A DNA stretch of 64,000 nt from a virus: the IMG/VR virus record IMGVR_UViG_3300020601_000005. The stretch is one strand, 5' to 3'. How positions within the stretch are numbered: the first letter of the stretch is position 1; each line of letters opens with the position of its first letter. Below are positions 25,647 to 34,641 of the stretch, in pieces. The notes beneath the pieces were generated by a model. The model saw only the letters and a program-made list of their open reading frames with translations. It was not told where the DNA came from and ran no database searches. The position numbers were made by a program, and so were the translations under genes.

Positions 25647-26816
25647 ATGGCATACACTTTCGACCCCTACAACGCAGAAGGATTGGGACTAACCATGGGA
25701 AGTGGTTACGGAATGACTTCAGCCGTACCATCTTTCACATATAAAGCCACGACTTTTAGCCCCGAATATTCAGTTCAGGGTTTAACCTATCCGGAAGACT
25801 TGGATTCAAGTAAATATGGTGGGAATAAAGTTGTGTTTTATATTAATGTCTCCGTAGATTCCAAAGTCCTGCGTAACGATGCTGGCGCTCTTGCTACAGT
25901 TGAGAATGTCCAACGCGATATGCGTGGAACATTAATTGGAGAAAAAATCGGATCAAATACCGCTAGTACGGTTGCCACGGCTGTGGGCGGTGGCGTTGCA
26001 GTTGGTGCTGCAGGTAGTGCAATCGGAAGTGCGGTTGGATTAGGAAGTGGTGTTGGAATAGCTGGAGGACTTGCAACTGGAGCTACGGCAGGTTATTTAG
26101 CAGCCACCACCAATAATCAAGAAATTACTGCAGCTGAAGCTAAAGCTCCTACATTTGCACGACCACAAAAAAGATTAAAGGCTGCGGTCGCTCTATATGT
26201 TCCTAATAACTTACAAATCAGATATTCGGTTGGTTGGGGCGAAGAGGACATGATGGGATTAAGTGCTATCGGTAAACTTGGCGAAGAAGCATTTAGGGCT
26301 CAGGAACCAGGTAATCGTTCTGGAATTGGTGCAGCTACTGGAATTGCTGGTGAAGTACTGGCAAACTTGGGTATTAGTAAATCACCAATGGGGAATCAAT
26401 ATGCAACTGCTGCTGGTATTGCGGCGAACCCAAAGAAAGAACAATCATTTAAGAACGTCGATTTTAGAACGTTCACCATGGATTATAGCTTTGCTCCTAG
26501 GAATTCTGCAGAGGCATCTAACGTCATGAATATTATTCAGGCATTTAAATACCATATGCACCCGGAATTTAAATCTGAAGATAAGTTCTTATACATATAT
26601 CCATCAGAATTCGATGTGGTTTATTACAAAAACAATACAGAGAACTTAAAGATCCATCGTCATCCTTCTTGTGTATTGACCGAGATGAATGTCAATTATG
26701 CACCAAACGGAGTTTTCACAACATTTTCTGATGGTATGCCAACTAATATTAATGTTCAGTTAACATTTAGAGAGTTGCAGACCCTAACCAAAGAAACTAT
26801 CGAGAAGTATACCTAA
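25647..26816 (+). CDS. gp48: Baseplate tail-tube cap gp48
   Basis: L.YP.D, LY.P, NP..E..F, R.F, PRN..E, FK..MHP, YPSEF and L.F.EL motifs; divergent from gp4. Confidence 0.85.
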   Translation: MAYTFDPYNAEGLGLTMGSGYGMTSAVPSFTYKATTFSPEYSVQGLTYPEDLDSSKYGGNKVVFYINVSVDSKVLRNDAGALATVENVQRDMRGTLIGEKIGSNTASTVATAVGGGVAVGAAGSAIGSAVGLGSGVGIAGGLATGATAGYLAATTNNQEITAAEAKAPTFARPQKRLKAAVALYVPNNLQIRYSVGWGEEDMMGLSAIGKLGEEAFRAQEPGNRSGIGAATGIAGEVLANLGISKSPMGNQYATAAGIAANPKKEQSFKNVDFRTFTMDYSFAPRNSAEASNVMNIIQAFKYHMHPEFKSEDKFLYIYPSEFDVVYYKNNTENLKIHRHPSCVLTEMNVNYAPNGVFTTFSDGMPTNINVQLTFRELQTLTKETIEKYT

Positions 26817-26817
26817 T

Positions 26818-27582
26818 ATGTATTTTAAGAACTTTCCAGATATCTATTATGGCTTTCCCACAAATGATGGGACTGACTTTAAGCTCCAGGTCTTAAAGGA
26901 CATTACAGCCAACGTTCGTTTCAGAAAACAAATATTCGAGAATATTACTCTATATGATGAATATGACATCGAAGAAGGTGAAACTATTGAGATGATTGCC
27001 GAGAAAATCTACGGCAATCCGGAATATCATTGGATTATTATGCTACTTAATGAAAAGTATAATTATGCCAATGATTATCCAATGACCGAAGTGGAATTAA
27101 ATACATATATTGACGAGACTTATGGCAATCAGAGATATGCTGTCCATCATTATGAGTTAGATGACGAAATCGTGGTGCCTAAACAAGAATTAACGCTTCG
27201 TGCTAGTACTGCAATGAATTCATTGTTTAATCTTGCAAAAGTTGGTGATACAATTACAGGTTTAATTAGCGGAGCTAGTGGTATTATTGTGTCATTAAAT
27301 CAGCCTGAAGCTAAAATGATTGTCCAATTAGTATCTGCTCCATTTGTTGTGGACGAAGAATTACAATTTTATGGATTAAGATTTAATGAAGGTGTCGATC
27401 GATACGAATACTCATTATATGCAGTTGAATACTATGTTGGCGGAATCAGATATACTGAAAATATCATAGGTATTACTAATGAAGAAGTTGAAATGCGTAT
27501 TAATGAGAGCAAGCGTAGAATTAAACTTATTTCACCTGAATTAGCAGGTCAATTAATTACAGAGTTTGAAGATCTCCTATGA
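26818..27582 (+). CDS. gp53: Baseplate wedge protein gp53
   Basis: MYF..FP.I.Y, IA.KIYG....HWII.L.N, HHYE and NE.KR.I motifs. Confidence 0.88.
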   Translation: MYFKNFPDIYYGFPTNDGTDFKLQVLKDITANVRFRKQIFENITLYDEYDIEEGETIEMIAEKIYGNPEYHWIIMLLNEKYNYANDYPMTEVELNTYIDETYGNQRYAVHHYELDDEIVVPKQELTLRASTAMNSLFNLAKVGDTITGLISGASGIIVSLNQPEAKMIVQLVSAPFVVDEELQFYGLRFNEGVDRYEYSLYAVEYYVGGIRYTENIIGITNEEVEMRINESKRRIKLISPELAGQLITEFEDLL

Positions 27583-28850
27583 TTAACCGCGAATTAAAGT
27601 TTGCCGGCGACGTTCAAATCGATAGATTAATGTTAACGTCATTAAATGGACAAACTGTTAATATAATAAACCAAGTTCAGACCATAGAAATCTATGAGGA
27701 TATGTTATCCCCGTTTATTACTATGTCTATAGTTCTTCGTGAATCACAGGACTTCTTAAATCTATTGCCATTTATTGGTGAAGAATACATAGACATTAAA
27801 ATATATACTCCCGGAATTGATAAACACAAGATCGCAGGTAGATTTTATATCTACAAAATAGCTGATAGAATTCAAACAAAAGATCGTGAAATAATGTATA
27901 CGATCAAAGCGGCATCTGAAGAGTTCCTAAATGATGTTAATACTAAGATGACTGCTGTATTTGAGGATAAAATTTCAGATAGTGCATTAAATATTATTGC
28001 CGTGGATGGATTAAGAACTAAAAAACCTATTAATGTAGAGCCTACATTAAATAGAACAAAAATCGTTTCTAATTATTGGAGTCCAGTTAAGAGCTTAAAT
28101 GAATTGGCGGAAAGAGCTATTTCGGTATCTGGATCCCCGTCATATATGTTTTTCGAAAACAGAAGTGGATTTAACTTTGTTTCTGTGAATAAACTATTAG
28201 AACAAGCCAGTTATCAGTCATTTATTAAAGATAATTATTCTCGACAGGAGAGTGGTGGCAATAGTATGTCTTCAGTTAAAGATCCGGCCGAAGATTATAG
28301 ACGAATTATCGATGTCGATGTGCCATTGGTGACCAATTATATTGACGATATCCAAGAAGGACAGATAAAATCTGAACTTATATCATATGATATTGTCACA
28401 AAGAAGTATGTAGTTAATGATTATAACATTAAAGCGGAACAGACTCCATTTAATTTATTAAATAAGAACCTAGTATACTCTAAATACTCATTGGCAAACC
28501 CAAGATCGTTAATGATTAATAGGCCTAAGCATTATTATTCATATAATGACTATCCAGACTCTACCGATTCTGCAATGATTCAGCGTCGTATATCATTCTT
28601 TAAGAATTTAGAGCAGCATAAAGTAGAATTAGAGGTTTTAGGTAGATCGGATTACACTATTGGTCAAGTTGTTGACTTAGAATTACCTAGAATATCACAA
28701 ATTACTAAAGAAGACTTTGATCCTAAGGATAAAATGTTATCTGGTAGATATTTAATTACAGCAATTACGCATTATATTAACAGATCCCAACATACATGCA
28801 AAATGGAATTGGTTAAAAACTCTGTATTATTTGATTTAGAAAAGGTTTAA
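27579..28850 (+). CDS. Baseplate hub protein (gp27-like)
   Basis: IYEDM.SP, LP.IGEE, FFEN..GF.F and SGRYLITAI.H motifs; lies between gp53 and gp5. Confidence 0.75.
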   Translation: MINRELKFAGDVQIDRLMLTSLNGQTVNIINQVQTIEIYEDMLSPFITMSIVLRESQDFLNLLPFIGEEYIDIKIYTPGIDKHKIAGRFYIYKIADRIQTKDREIMYTIKAASEEFLNDVNTKMTAVFEDKISDSALNIIAVDGLRTKKPINVEPTLNRTKIVSNYWSPVKSLNELAERAISVSGSPSYMFFENRSGFNFVSVNKLLEQASYQSFIKDNYSRQESGGNSMSSVKDPAEDYRRIIDVDVPLVTNYIDDIQEGQIKSELISYDIVTKKYVVNDYNIKAEQTPFNLLNKNLVYSKYSLANPRSLMINRPKHYYSYNDYPDSTDSAMIQRRISFFKNLEQHKVELEVLGRSDYTIGQVVDLELPRISQITKEDFDPKDKMLSGRYLITAITHYINRSQHTCKMELVKNSVLFDLEKV

Positions 28851-28851
28851 G

Positions 28852-31554
28852 ATGTCTCAAATTTATACTGCGTGCGTAGAGAACAGACAAGACCCATTAA
28901 AACTTGGTAGATGTCAGGTTCGTGTAGTAGGTATTCATACACACGACAAAGTTGAATTGCCAACGAAGCAATTACCATGGGCATATCCAATGCAGCCAAT
29001 TAATTCAGCTGCAATTAGTGGTATCGGTATCTCTCCAGTTGGATTTGTCGAGGGAACATGGGTTATTGTTATGTTCCGGGATGAAGATTTTCAGCAACCG
29101 GTTATTTTAGGTTCAATTGGCGGAATCCCACAAGAGCAATCATCTGTAATTAATCAAGAGGAAAGTCAAACAGTCTTTTTAGACTCGGTTGAACAGCAGC
29201 CGCAGACGGATGCTTCAGGTAATATTGTGCCATCTGGACAAGGTTATACCGATGACTCGGGTAATATAACAACAGAAGGTTTAACTGCCACATCAAATGT
29301 GCCACAACCTGAACTTCCTGAACCTGGTGCTGCAAAACCACCAACCGCTGCCGCGGCACCTGGTATTAAAGCGTTAGAAAGCGCAATGGATGCTGCTGGA
29401 ATTACTGGTAAATATGGTAGAGCCGCAATCCTTGGTATTTGTGGAGGTGAATCTGGATGGATACCTCAGCTTGAAGGATATAATTATTCCGCAGAGGCTT
29501 TAGTATCAGTATTCCCACAGACATTTAAAAATAATCCAGAAGCAGTAACGCGATATGCACGTTGGAAAGGTACTAGAGAGTCTTTCTTTGATTTTTTATA
29601 CGCACCAACAAACAATGGTTCGCAATTAGGCAATACACAACAGGGAGATGGCGGTAAATATTACGGCCGTGGACTAGTTCAATTGACCGGTAGATATAAT
29701 TATACCCGATACGCCAGAGAATCAGGCGTGGATATTTTAAATAATCCGGATTTATTGGTAAATGATATCGATGCGTCGGCCGCAGTGGCGGTTGCATTCT
29801 TTAGAGACAAGGTCCCTGGAGATGGATCTGATCCTGGTTACTTCCAATCTGCACTTAAAGCGGTGGGTGGAGCTAGATCTGGTTGGGGTAAGAAGCAATC
29901 ATACTATCAATACTTCTTGGGTGAAGCAATTCCACCACAGCAGACGGATAAATCGACTAATAGCGGCGATGAAGTACAGGGTATTCCGATAGCTTCTAAT
30001 GGTTTACCTGCAGATCGTCAACAGAATTTAATATTGGGCTTTTGTGACCCTAATATGAAGTATCCACTGCGCCAATATATTGGTGAACCTGATACTAATA
30101 GACTTGCAAGAGGTCGTATTGACGGAACAATCGTCGAATTTAAAGATGAGAAGCGATTAGAAGGTGTTGCCACCGCAAATGGATTCTCATGGGACCAACC
30201 TGACATTCCATATAATGCAAAATACCCATATAATAAAGTAACAGAGACCGAGTCTGGACACATTACTGAGTTTGATGACACTCCGGGCAATGAACGTATC
30301 CATGTTTATCACCGTAAAGGTACATATACTGAAATAGATTCAAACGGAACACAGGTTAATCGCATTGTGGGCGATAATTATATGATTACCGAGCGTAATG
30401 GATACGTTTTAATTTCCGGTGAATGTAATATTACAGTGGCAGGCAAAACAAGAATCTTCTGTAAAGACGATGCGCATATCGATGCGGGATCTAATGCCTA
30501 TTTAAATGTCGCAGAGAACTTTGAAGTAAATGTAGGCGGTGAATTTAAGGTTAAAGCCAATAATATTAAAATGGAATCTAATAGTGATGTTAATATTGTG
30601 GCAGCTTCTGCAAATAAATTAACGTCCGGTGCTAATTTTGAAGTTAATGCATCTGGAAGAGCCAATATCGAAGGCTTAACTGTCCACCTTGCTGAAGGCG
30701 CCGCTAGTGCTGATGCTAGTATGCTTGATGCACCTATTGCCAAGGCCGATGTTGCACCTAGTATGACTCAATTAAAACCGCCTCCGCGTAGATTGGAAGA
30801 CGAATTAGAGTACGAGACTCCAGACGAGAACGCTTATGAGGGCGCTGAAGCATATCATGAAGAAAGAGCTACTGCTCAGACTCAAAATACGGCGACAAAT
30901 CCACCTGTTGCAACCGAATCTATTCCCGATACCGCAATTCAACCTAATAATGTACCTAAGGAAGCCGTTGATACTACATCAATTGAGTCGATGCCTTCAT
31001 ATCCAGATAGTTTAGTGTTACATACTGATGCCACTGGATATAAATGGACTTTAGGTATGCTAACTAAGGGACGTTCAATTAAAGCCGGTCGTTATTATAT
31101 GGGTCGTTCAGATAAAGTAGGCCGTGATTTAAGTGAGGCCGATATTGTTGGCAACTTAAAAGCCTTGGCTGTGAATATCTTAGGTCCAATTAATGAAAAT
31201 ATTGGTGAACACGGCAAAGTTTGGACTATGACTTCATGTTATAGGAATAATATTCCATCCGGCGGATCTGCAACCTCACAACACTTATATGGTTGTGCCA
31301 TTGATTTCGTGATGGGAGGCAATAACTTTGCTTACAAGGCTAATTATGACACAGTTCAGAAGTTGGTTAGCATATTACCATACGACCAGATCTTATTAGA
31401 GTACCGTGATCCAGGAAAGAACGGAAATAGAGGCAAACAACGTATTAATTGGGTACACGTATCATTTAATAACTATGGAAATGGTAGACAACAAACATTA
31501 ACCTTCTTAAATGATAGAACACACTCAAAAGGCTTTGCTAATTTAGGCGGATAA
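28852..31554 (+). CDS. gp5: Baseplate spike gp5 with GH19 and M15-peptidase domains
   Basis: OB fold (DPLKLGRCQVRV.G.H, LPWA); YPYN.V.ETESGH..EFDDTPG.ER; GH19 motif YYGRGLVQLTGRYNY; SQH..G.A.D/WVHVS. Confidence 0.92.
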   Translation: MSQIYTACVENRQDPLKLGRCQVRVVGIHTHDKVELPTKQLPWAYPMQPINSAAISGIGISPVGFVEGTWVIVMFRDEDFQQPVILGSIGGIPQEQSSVINQEESQTVFLDSVEQQPQTDASGNIVPSGQGYTDDSGNITTEGLTATSNVPQPELPEPGAAKPPTAAAAPGIKALESAMDAAGITGKYGRAAILGICGGESGWIPQLEGYNYSAEALVSVFPQTFKNNPEAVTRYARWKGTRESFFDFLYAPTNNGSQLGNTQQGDGGKYYGRGLVQLTGRYNYTRYARESGVDILNNPDLLVNDIDASAAVAVAFFRDKVPGDGSDPGYFQSALKAVGGARSGWGKKQSYYQYFLGEAIPPQQTDKSTNSGDEVQGIPIASNGLPADRQQNLILGFCDPNMKYPLRQYIGEPDTNRLARGRIDGTIVEFKDEKRLEGVATANGFSWDQPDIPYNAKYPYNKVTETESGHITEFDDTPGNERIHVYHRKGTYTEIDSNGTQVNRIVGDNYMITERNGYVLISGECNITVAGKTRIFCKDDAHIDAGSNAYLNVAENFEVNVGGEFKVKANNIKMESNSDVNIVAASANKLTSGANFEVNASGRANIEGLTVHLAEGAASADASMLDAPIAKADVAPSMTQLKPPPRRLEDELEYETPDENAYEGAEAYHEERATAQTQNTATNPPVATESIPDTAIQPNNVPKEAVDTTSIESMPSYPDSLVLHTDATGYKWTLGMLTKGRSIKAGRYYMGRSDKVGRDLSEADIVGNLKALAVNILGPINENIGEHGKVWTMTSCYRNNIPSGGSATSQHLYGCAIDFVMGGNNFAYKANYDTVQKLVSILPYDQILLEYRDPGKNGNRGKQRINWVHVSFNNYGNGRQQTLTFLNDRTHSKGFANLGG

Positions 31555-31555
31555 T

Positions 31556-32089
31556 ATGTCACTTGAACTTGCTATACAGTCAGAATCCGGTTGGGCAACT
31601 AGACTTGGAGCAGAGTCTCGTGGAGATACGTATTTACAGACGGTACTCGATGGAGATTCTGCAACATATAACGCAAGTATTGCTGTGTTAGCTCCTGAAA
31701 TCGAGACATGGACTATAACTGATTTTTCCAGTTCGGGCGGTGTGCCTGGATTTAATGTCTCTGTGTCCGATAAAACTATACTAATAACGGGCAAAGCATC
31801 TCAGTTGTTTACAAATCAAACTGCTGACTTTCTACTTAAGGATCTTAAAACTATAGTCACTAAACCACTATTTGATGAGACTGTAGATTTTGCAACCATT
31901 GTTAAATGGACTCCTCCTAGTCCAACTAGAAAAGAATACAGTTATTCATTTGCCATAACATATGAAACATTGTTTGAAGGGACACCATCCTATAACACGG
32001 TTAATTTGTCCCTTCAACAGGGAGTGATGTGGGATTATTATGTAGGTTCAGCTGGTTTTAGACAAGTTTTATCTAAAGGAATTATCTAA
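31556..32089 (+). CDS. Hypothetical protein between gp5 and PAAR
   Basis: Packed ORF in the late operon. Confidence 0.7.
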   Translation: MSLELAIQSESGWATRLGAESRGDTYLQTVLDGDSATYNASIAVLAPEIETWTITDFSSSGGVPGFNVSVSDKTILITGKASQLFTNQTADFLLKDLKTIVTKPLFDETVDFATIVKWTPPSPTRKEYSYSFAITYETLFEGTPSYNTVNLSLQQGVMWDYYVGSAGFRQVLSKGII

Positions 32090-32403
32090 TGCCTGGAGTA
32101 GCAAGGAACGGTGGAGTCGATACAGTTGCATCTCAAGATGGGGCTGGATATAAATGTAAATCGCCGATGACTACCGCGACGGCGGCCGGAGCTTTAAGAG
32201 TATTCTTGGATGGAAAGGGTACTGTTGTTATTTCCGGAAATCCTGTAGCATCTCATCCTACTTCAGGGTGTGGCGACGAAGCGCCAGGAATGTCTGGTCC
32301 TTCCTCTAGAGTATTTGCACAAGGAGGCGGAATTGCTAGGATTGGTGATCCATACGGAGCCAATACAATATCGTCAGCATCTTCAAGAGTTTTTGCAAAC
32401 TAA
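32089..32403 (+). CDS. PAAR-type spike tip protein (gp5.4-like)
   Basis: MPGVAR, SSRVFA.G.GIARIGD and SSRVFAN motifs. Confidence 0.85.
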   Translation: MPGVARNGGVDTVASQDGAGYKCKSPMTTATAAGALRVFLDGKGTVVISGNPVASHPTSGCGDEAPGMSGPSSRVFAQGGGIARIGDPYGANTISSASSRVFAN

Positions 32404-32411
32404 TATAAATA
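32404..32411 (+). promoter_or_regulatory. T4-type late promoter
   Basis: TATAAATA 5 nt before the gp25 ATG. Confidence 0.75.
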
Positions 32412-32416
32412 TAACT

Positions 32417-32809
32417 ATGGCAAGAAATACACGCACCTTCACGGATTTGGATTTAAACTTCTTTAGGCATCCGGTAACAAACGATATTACCGTAAAGTCT
32501 GACGAGGCGGCAATTAACCAATCACTGAGGAATTTAATCCTCACTAGAAACTTTGAACGGCCGTTCAGAAGTTATATCGGTTCGCAAGTAAATAATTTAC
32601 TATTTGAAAACATTAGTCACATGACTACTGCATTGATGCAGAGATCGATATCAGATGTCATCGAGAACTTTGAACCTAGGGTTAATCTATTAGATGTCCA
32701 GGTCATTTTCTCGCCTGATGAGAATTCTGTGCATCTTACGATCATATATTCTATTAAGAATACACAGAACCCAGTTACTGTCAACATAATTCTAGAGAGA
32801 ACTAGATGA
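32417..32809 (+). CDS. gp25: Baseplate wedge protein gp25
   Basis: DLDL.F..HP, SL.NL.LT...ERPF, LLFE and FEPRV motifs. Confidence 0.92.
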   Translation: MARNTRTFTDLDLNFFRHPVTNDITVKSDEAAINQSLRNLILTRNFERPFRSYIGSQVNNLLFENISHMTTALMQRSISDVIENFEPRVNLLDVQVIFSPDENSVHLTIIYSIKNTQNPVTVNIILERTR

Positions 32810-34641
32810 GCACTAATAATAAGATAAAAGTCACAGACCTCGATTACAATGATATTCGAGATAATCTGAAAGCATTTTTGCAGGGTCAAGACAAGTTTAG
32901 CGATTATGATTTTGAAGGTTCGGCTTTATCCGTCCTTCTAGACGTTCTTGCATATAACACTCACTATAATGCATTGTATACAAACATGGCATTAAATGAG
33001 ATGTTTTTGGATTCTGCTTCAAAGCGTAATAGTATCGTATCTATTGCCAGTAATATGGGATACTTGCCAAGATCTGCTATTACATCTAGGGCAATTTTAA
33101 ATGTCACTGTCGTGGCATCTAATCCAAATACTGCGTCAGAGACTTTAGTTATCCCTGCGTACTCTCCGTTTAGTACATCTGTTGGTGGAAATTCATATAC
33201 ATTCTACACCCTATCAGATTACTCTGCAACCAGAGACGGTGATACATACCTATTTAATAATGTCTATGTATATCAGGGAGAACCACGTGAAGTATATTTT
33301 GCGTGTAATGAAACTGGTCAGAAGTTTACTCTCCCCAATACTGACTTAGATACGGAGACTTTAAGAGTTACCGTACAACCTACGCCTGATCAACCAGAAT
33401 ACAGCAGATATACTTTAGCATCTAATGTTGTTGATTTGACATCTAGCGATGAAGTATATTACCTAAAGGAAATGGATGATAGGTATATTCAGTTATCATT
33501 CGGAACTAATGGTCTTGGCGTTGAGATTATTCCTGGTAATATTATCCAAGTTAAATATTTGACCACCAAGAAAGACGCAGCCAATGGTGCTGCACTATTT
33601 ACGTTTGGTGGTGCAAGTTTAGCTGGTACAGTATCTGTTGGAACTGTTCTTAAATCTTTTGGTGGACAGGTTGAAGAAGATAAAGAAGAAATTCGTAGTA
33701 ATGCGTCTCAGCAATATTACGATCAAAACAGAGCTGTAACTCCTACAGACTATGCCAACATTATTAAGCGCTATTACACTGATGTAGAGTCTATTAATGT
33801 ATGGGGTGGTGAAGATGCTAATCCTCCACAATACGGAAAAGTTTATATTAGTATTAAACCAGCTAGTGCTCCATATCTATCCACTGCTGAAAAGGCATAT
33901 ATTACTGAAAATATTGTCAAGAAGCGTGGTGTAGTATCAATCACTCCGGTGATCGTCGATCCTACATATAACGAGATGGAAGTTAATGTGACTGTATACT
34001 ATAATCAGTCTAGAACTACCAGATCAAACGACGAGATGAAGAACGCAGTATTATCTGGGATTCAGAATTATCGTGATTCATACTTGCAAAAGTTTGACGG
34101 AGCATTTAGATTTTCTAAGTTTGGTACGATGATTGATAATATCGACCAATCAATTGATAGTAATATTACAACGTTTACTATTTGGCAAGAGATTGCACCT
34201 CGTTATAACGTACAATCTCAATATACAATTACTATCAATAACCCAATCTATAGTGCAAACGTTCCGGAAGAATCATTCTTGACAACTGGTTTCTATATTG
34301 ATAATACTGAAACAGTTTACTATTTGGATGACGATGGTATCGGTAATATCCGGATGTTTAGTTTGGTTTCTGGTACTGGTGAAAAGGTTGTTAAAGGAAA
34401 TTATGGAACGGTAAATTATTCTACCGGTACTGTAACAATAAATAATCTTTATATAACTAATTTATCAGAACCTAATTTTTATTTTAGATTTAAGACGGAG
34501 TCATATGACGTAGTCTCTGCTAAAGATCAGATCGTAACGATTCCTGATTCTAGAATTACCATCTCATTGGTAGATAGCAGTGGTTCTAATACTTCAATTG
34601 GAAATTCTAGCAATTACACGTTTACAAGTAGCAGAGCATAA
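32806..34641 (+). CDS. gp6: Baseplate wedge protein gp6
   Basis: FSDYDFEGSALSVLLDVLAYNTHYN, QNRAVT..DY and WGGE...PP.YGKV motifs. Confidence 0.95.
   Translation: MSTNNKIKVTDLDYNDIRDNLKAFLQGQDKFSDYDFEGSALSVLLDVLAYNTHYNALYTNMALNEMFLDSASKRNSIVSIASNMGYLPRSAITSRAILNVTVVASNPNTASETLVIPAYSPFSTSVGGNSYTFYTLSDYSATRDGDTYLFNNVYVYQGEPREVYFACNETGQKFTLPNTDLDTETLRVTVQPTPDQPEYSRYTLASNVVDLTSSDEVYYLKEMDDRYIQLSFGTNGLGVEIIPGNIIQVKYLTTKKDAANGAALFTFGGASLAGTVSVGTVLKSFGGQVEEDKEEIRSNASQQYYDQNRAVTPTDYANIIKRYYTDVESINVWGGEDANPPQYGKVYISIKPASAPYLSTAEKAYITENIVKKRGVVSITPVIVDPTYNEMEVNVTVYYNQSRTTRSNDEMKNAVLSGIQNYRDSYLQKFDGAFRFSKFGTMIDNIDQSIDSNITTFTIWQEIAPRYNVQSQYTITINNPIYSANVPEESFLTTGFYIDNTETVYYLDDDGIGNIRMFSLVSGTGEKVVKGNYGTVNYSTGTVTINNLYITNLSEPNFYFRFKTESYDVVSAKDQIVTIPDSRITISLVDSSGSNTSIGNSSNYTFTSSRA

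Noticed and set aside
25606-25731. Upstream extensions in the ORF track (gp4 from 25731, gp25 from 32270, gp32 from 18803, ATPase from 4946, 9218)
   Set aside because: They run through promoters or neighbouring genes; downstream ATGs fit motifs and promoters better
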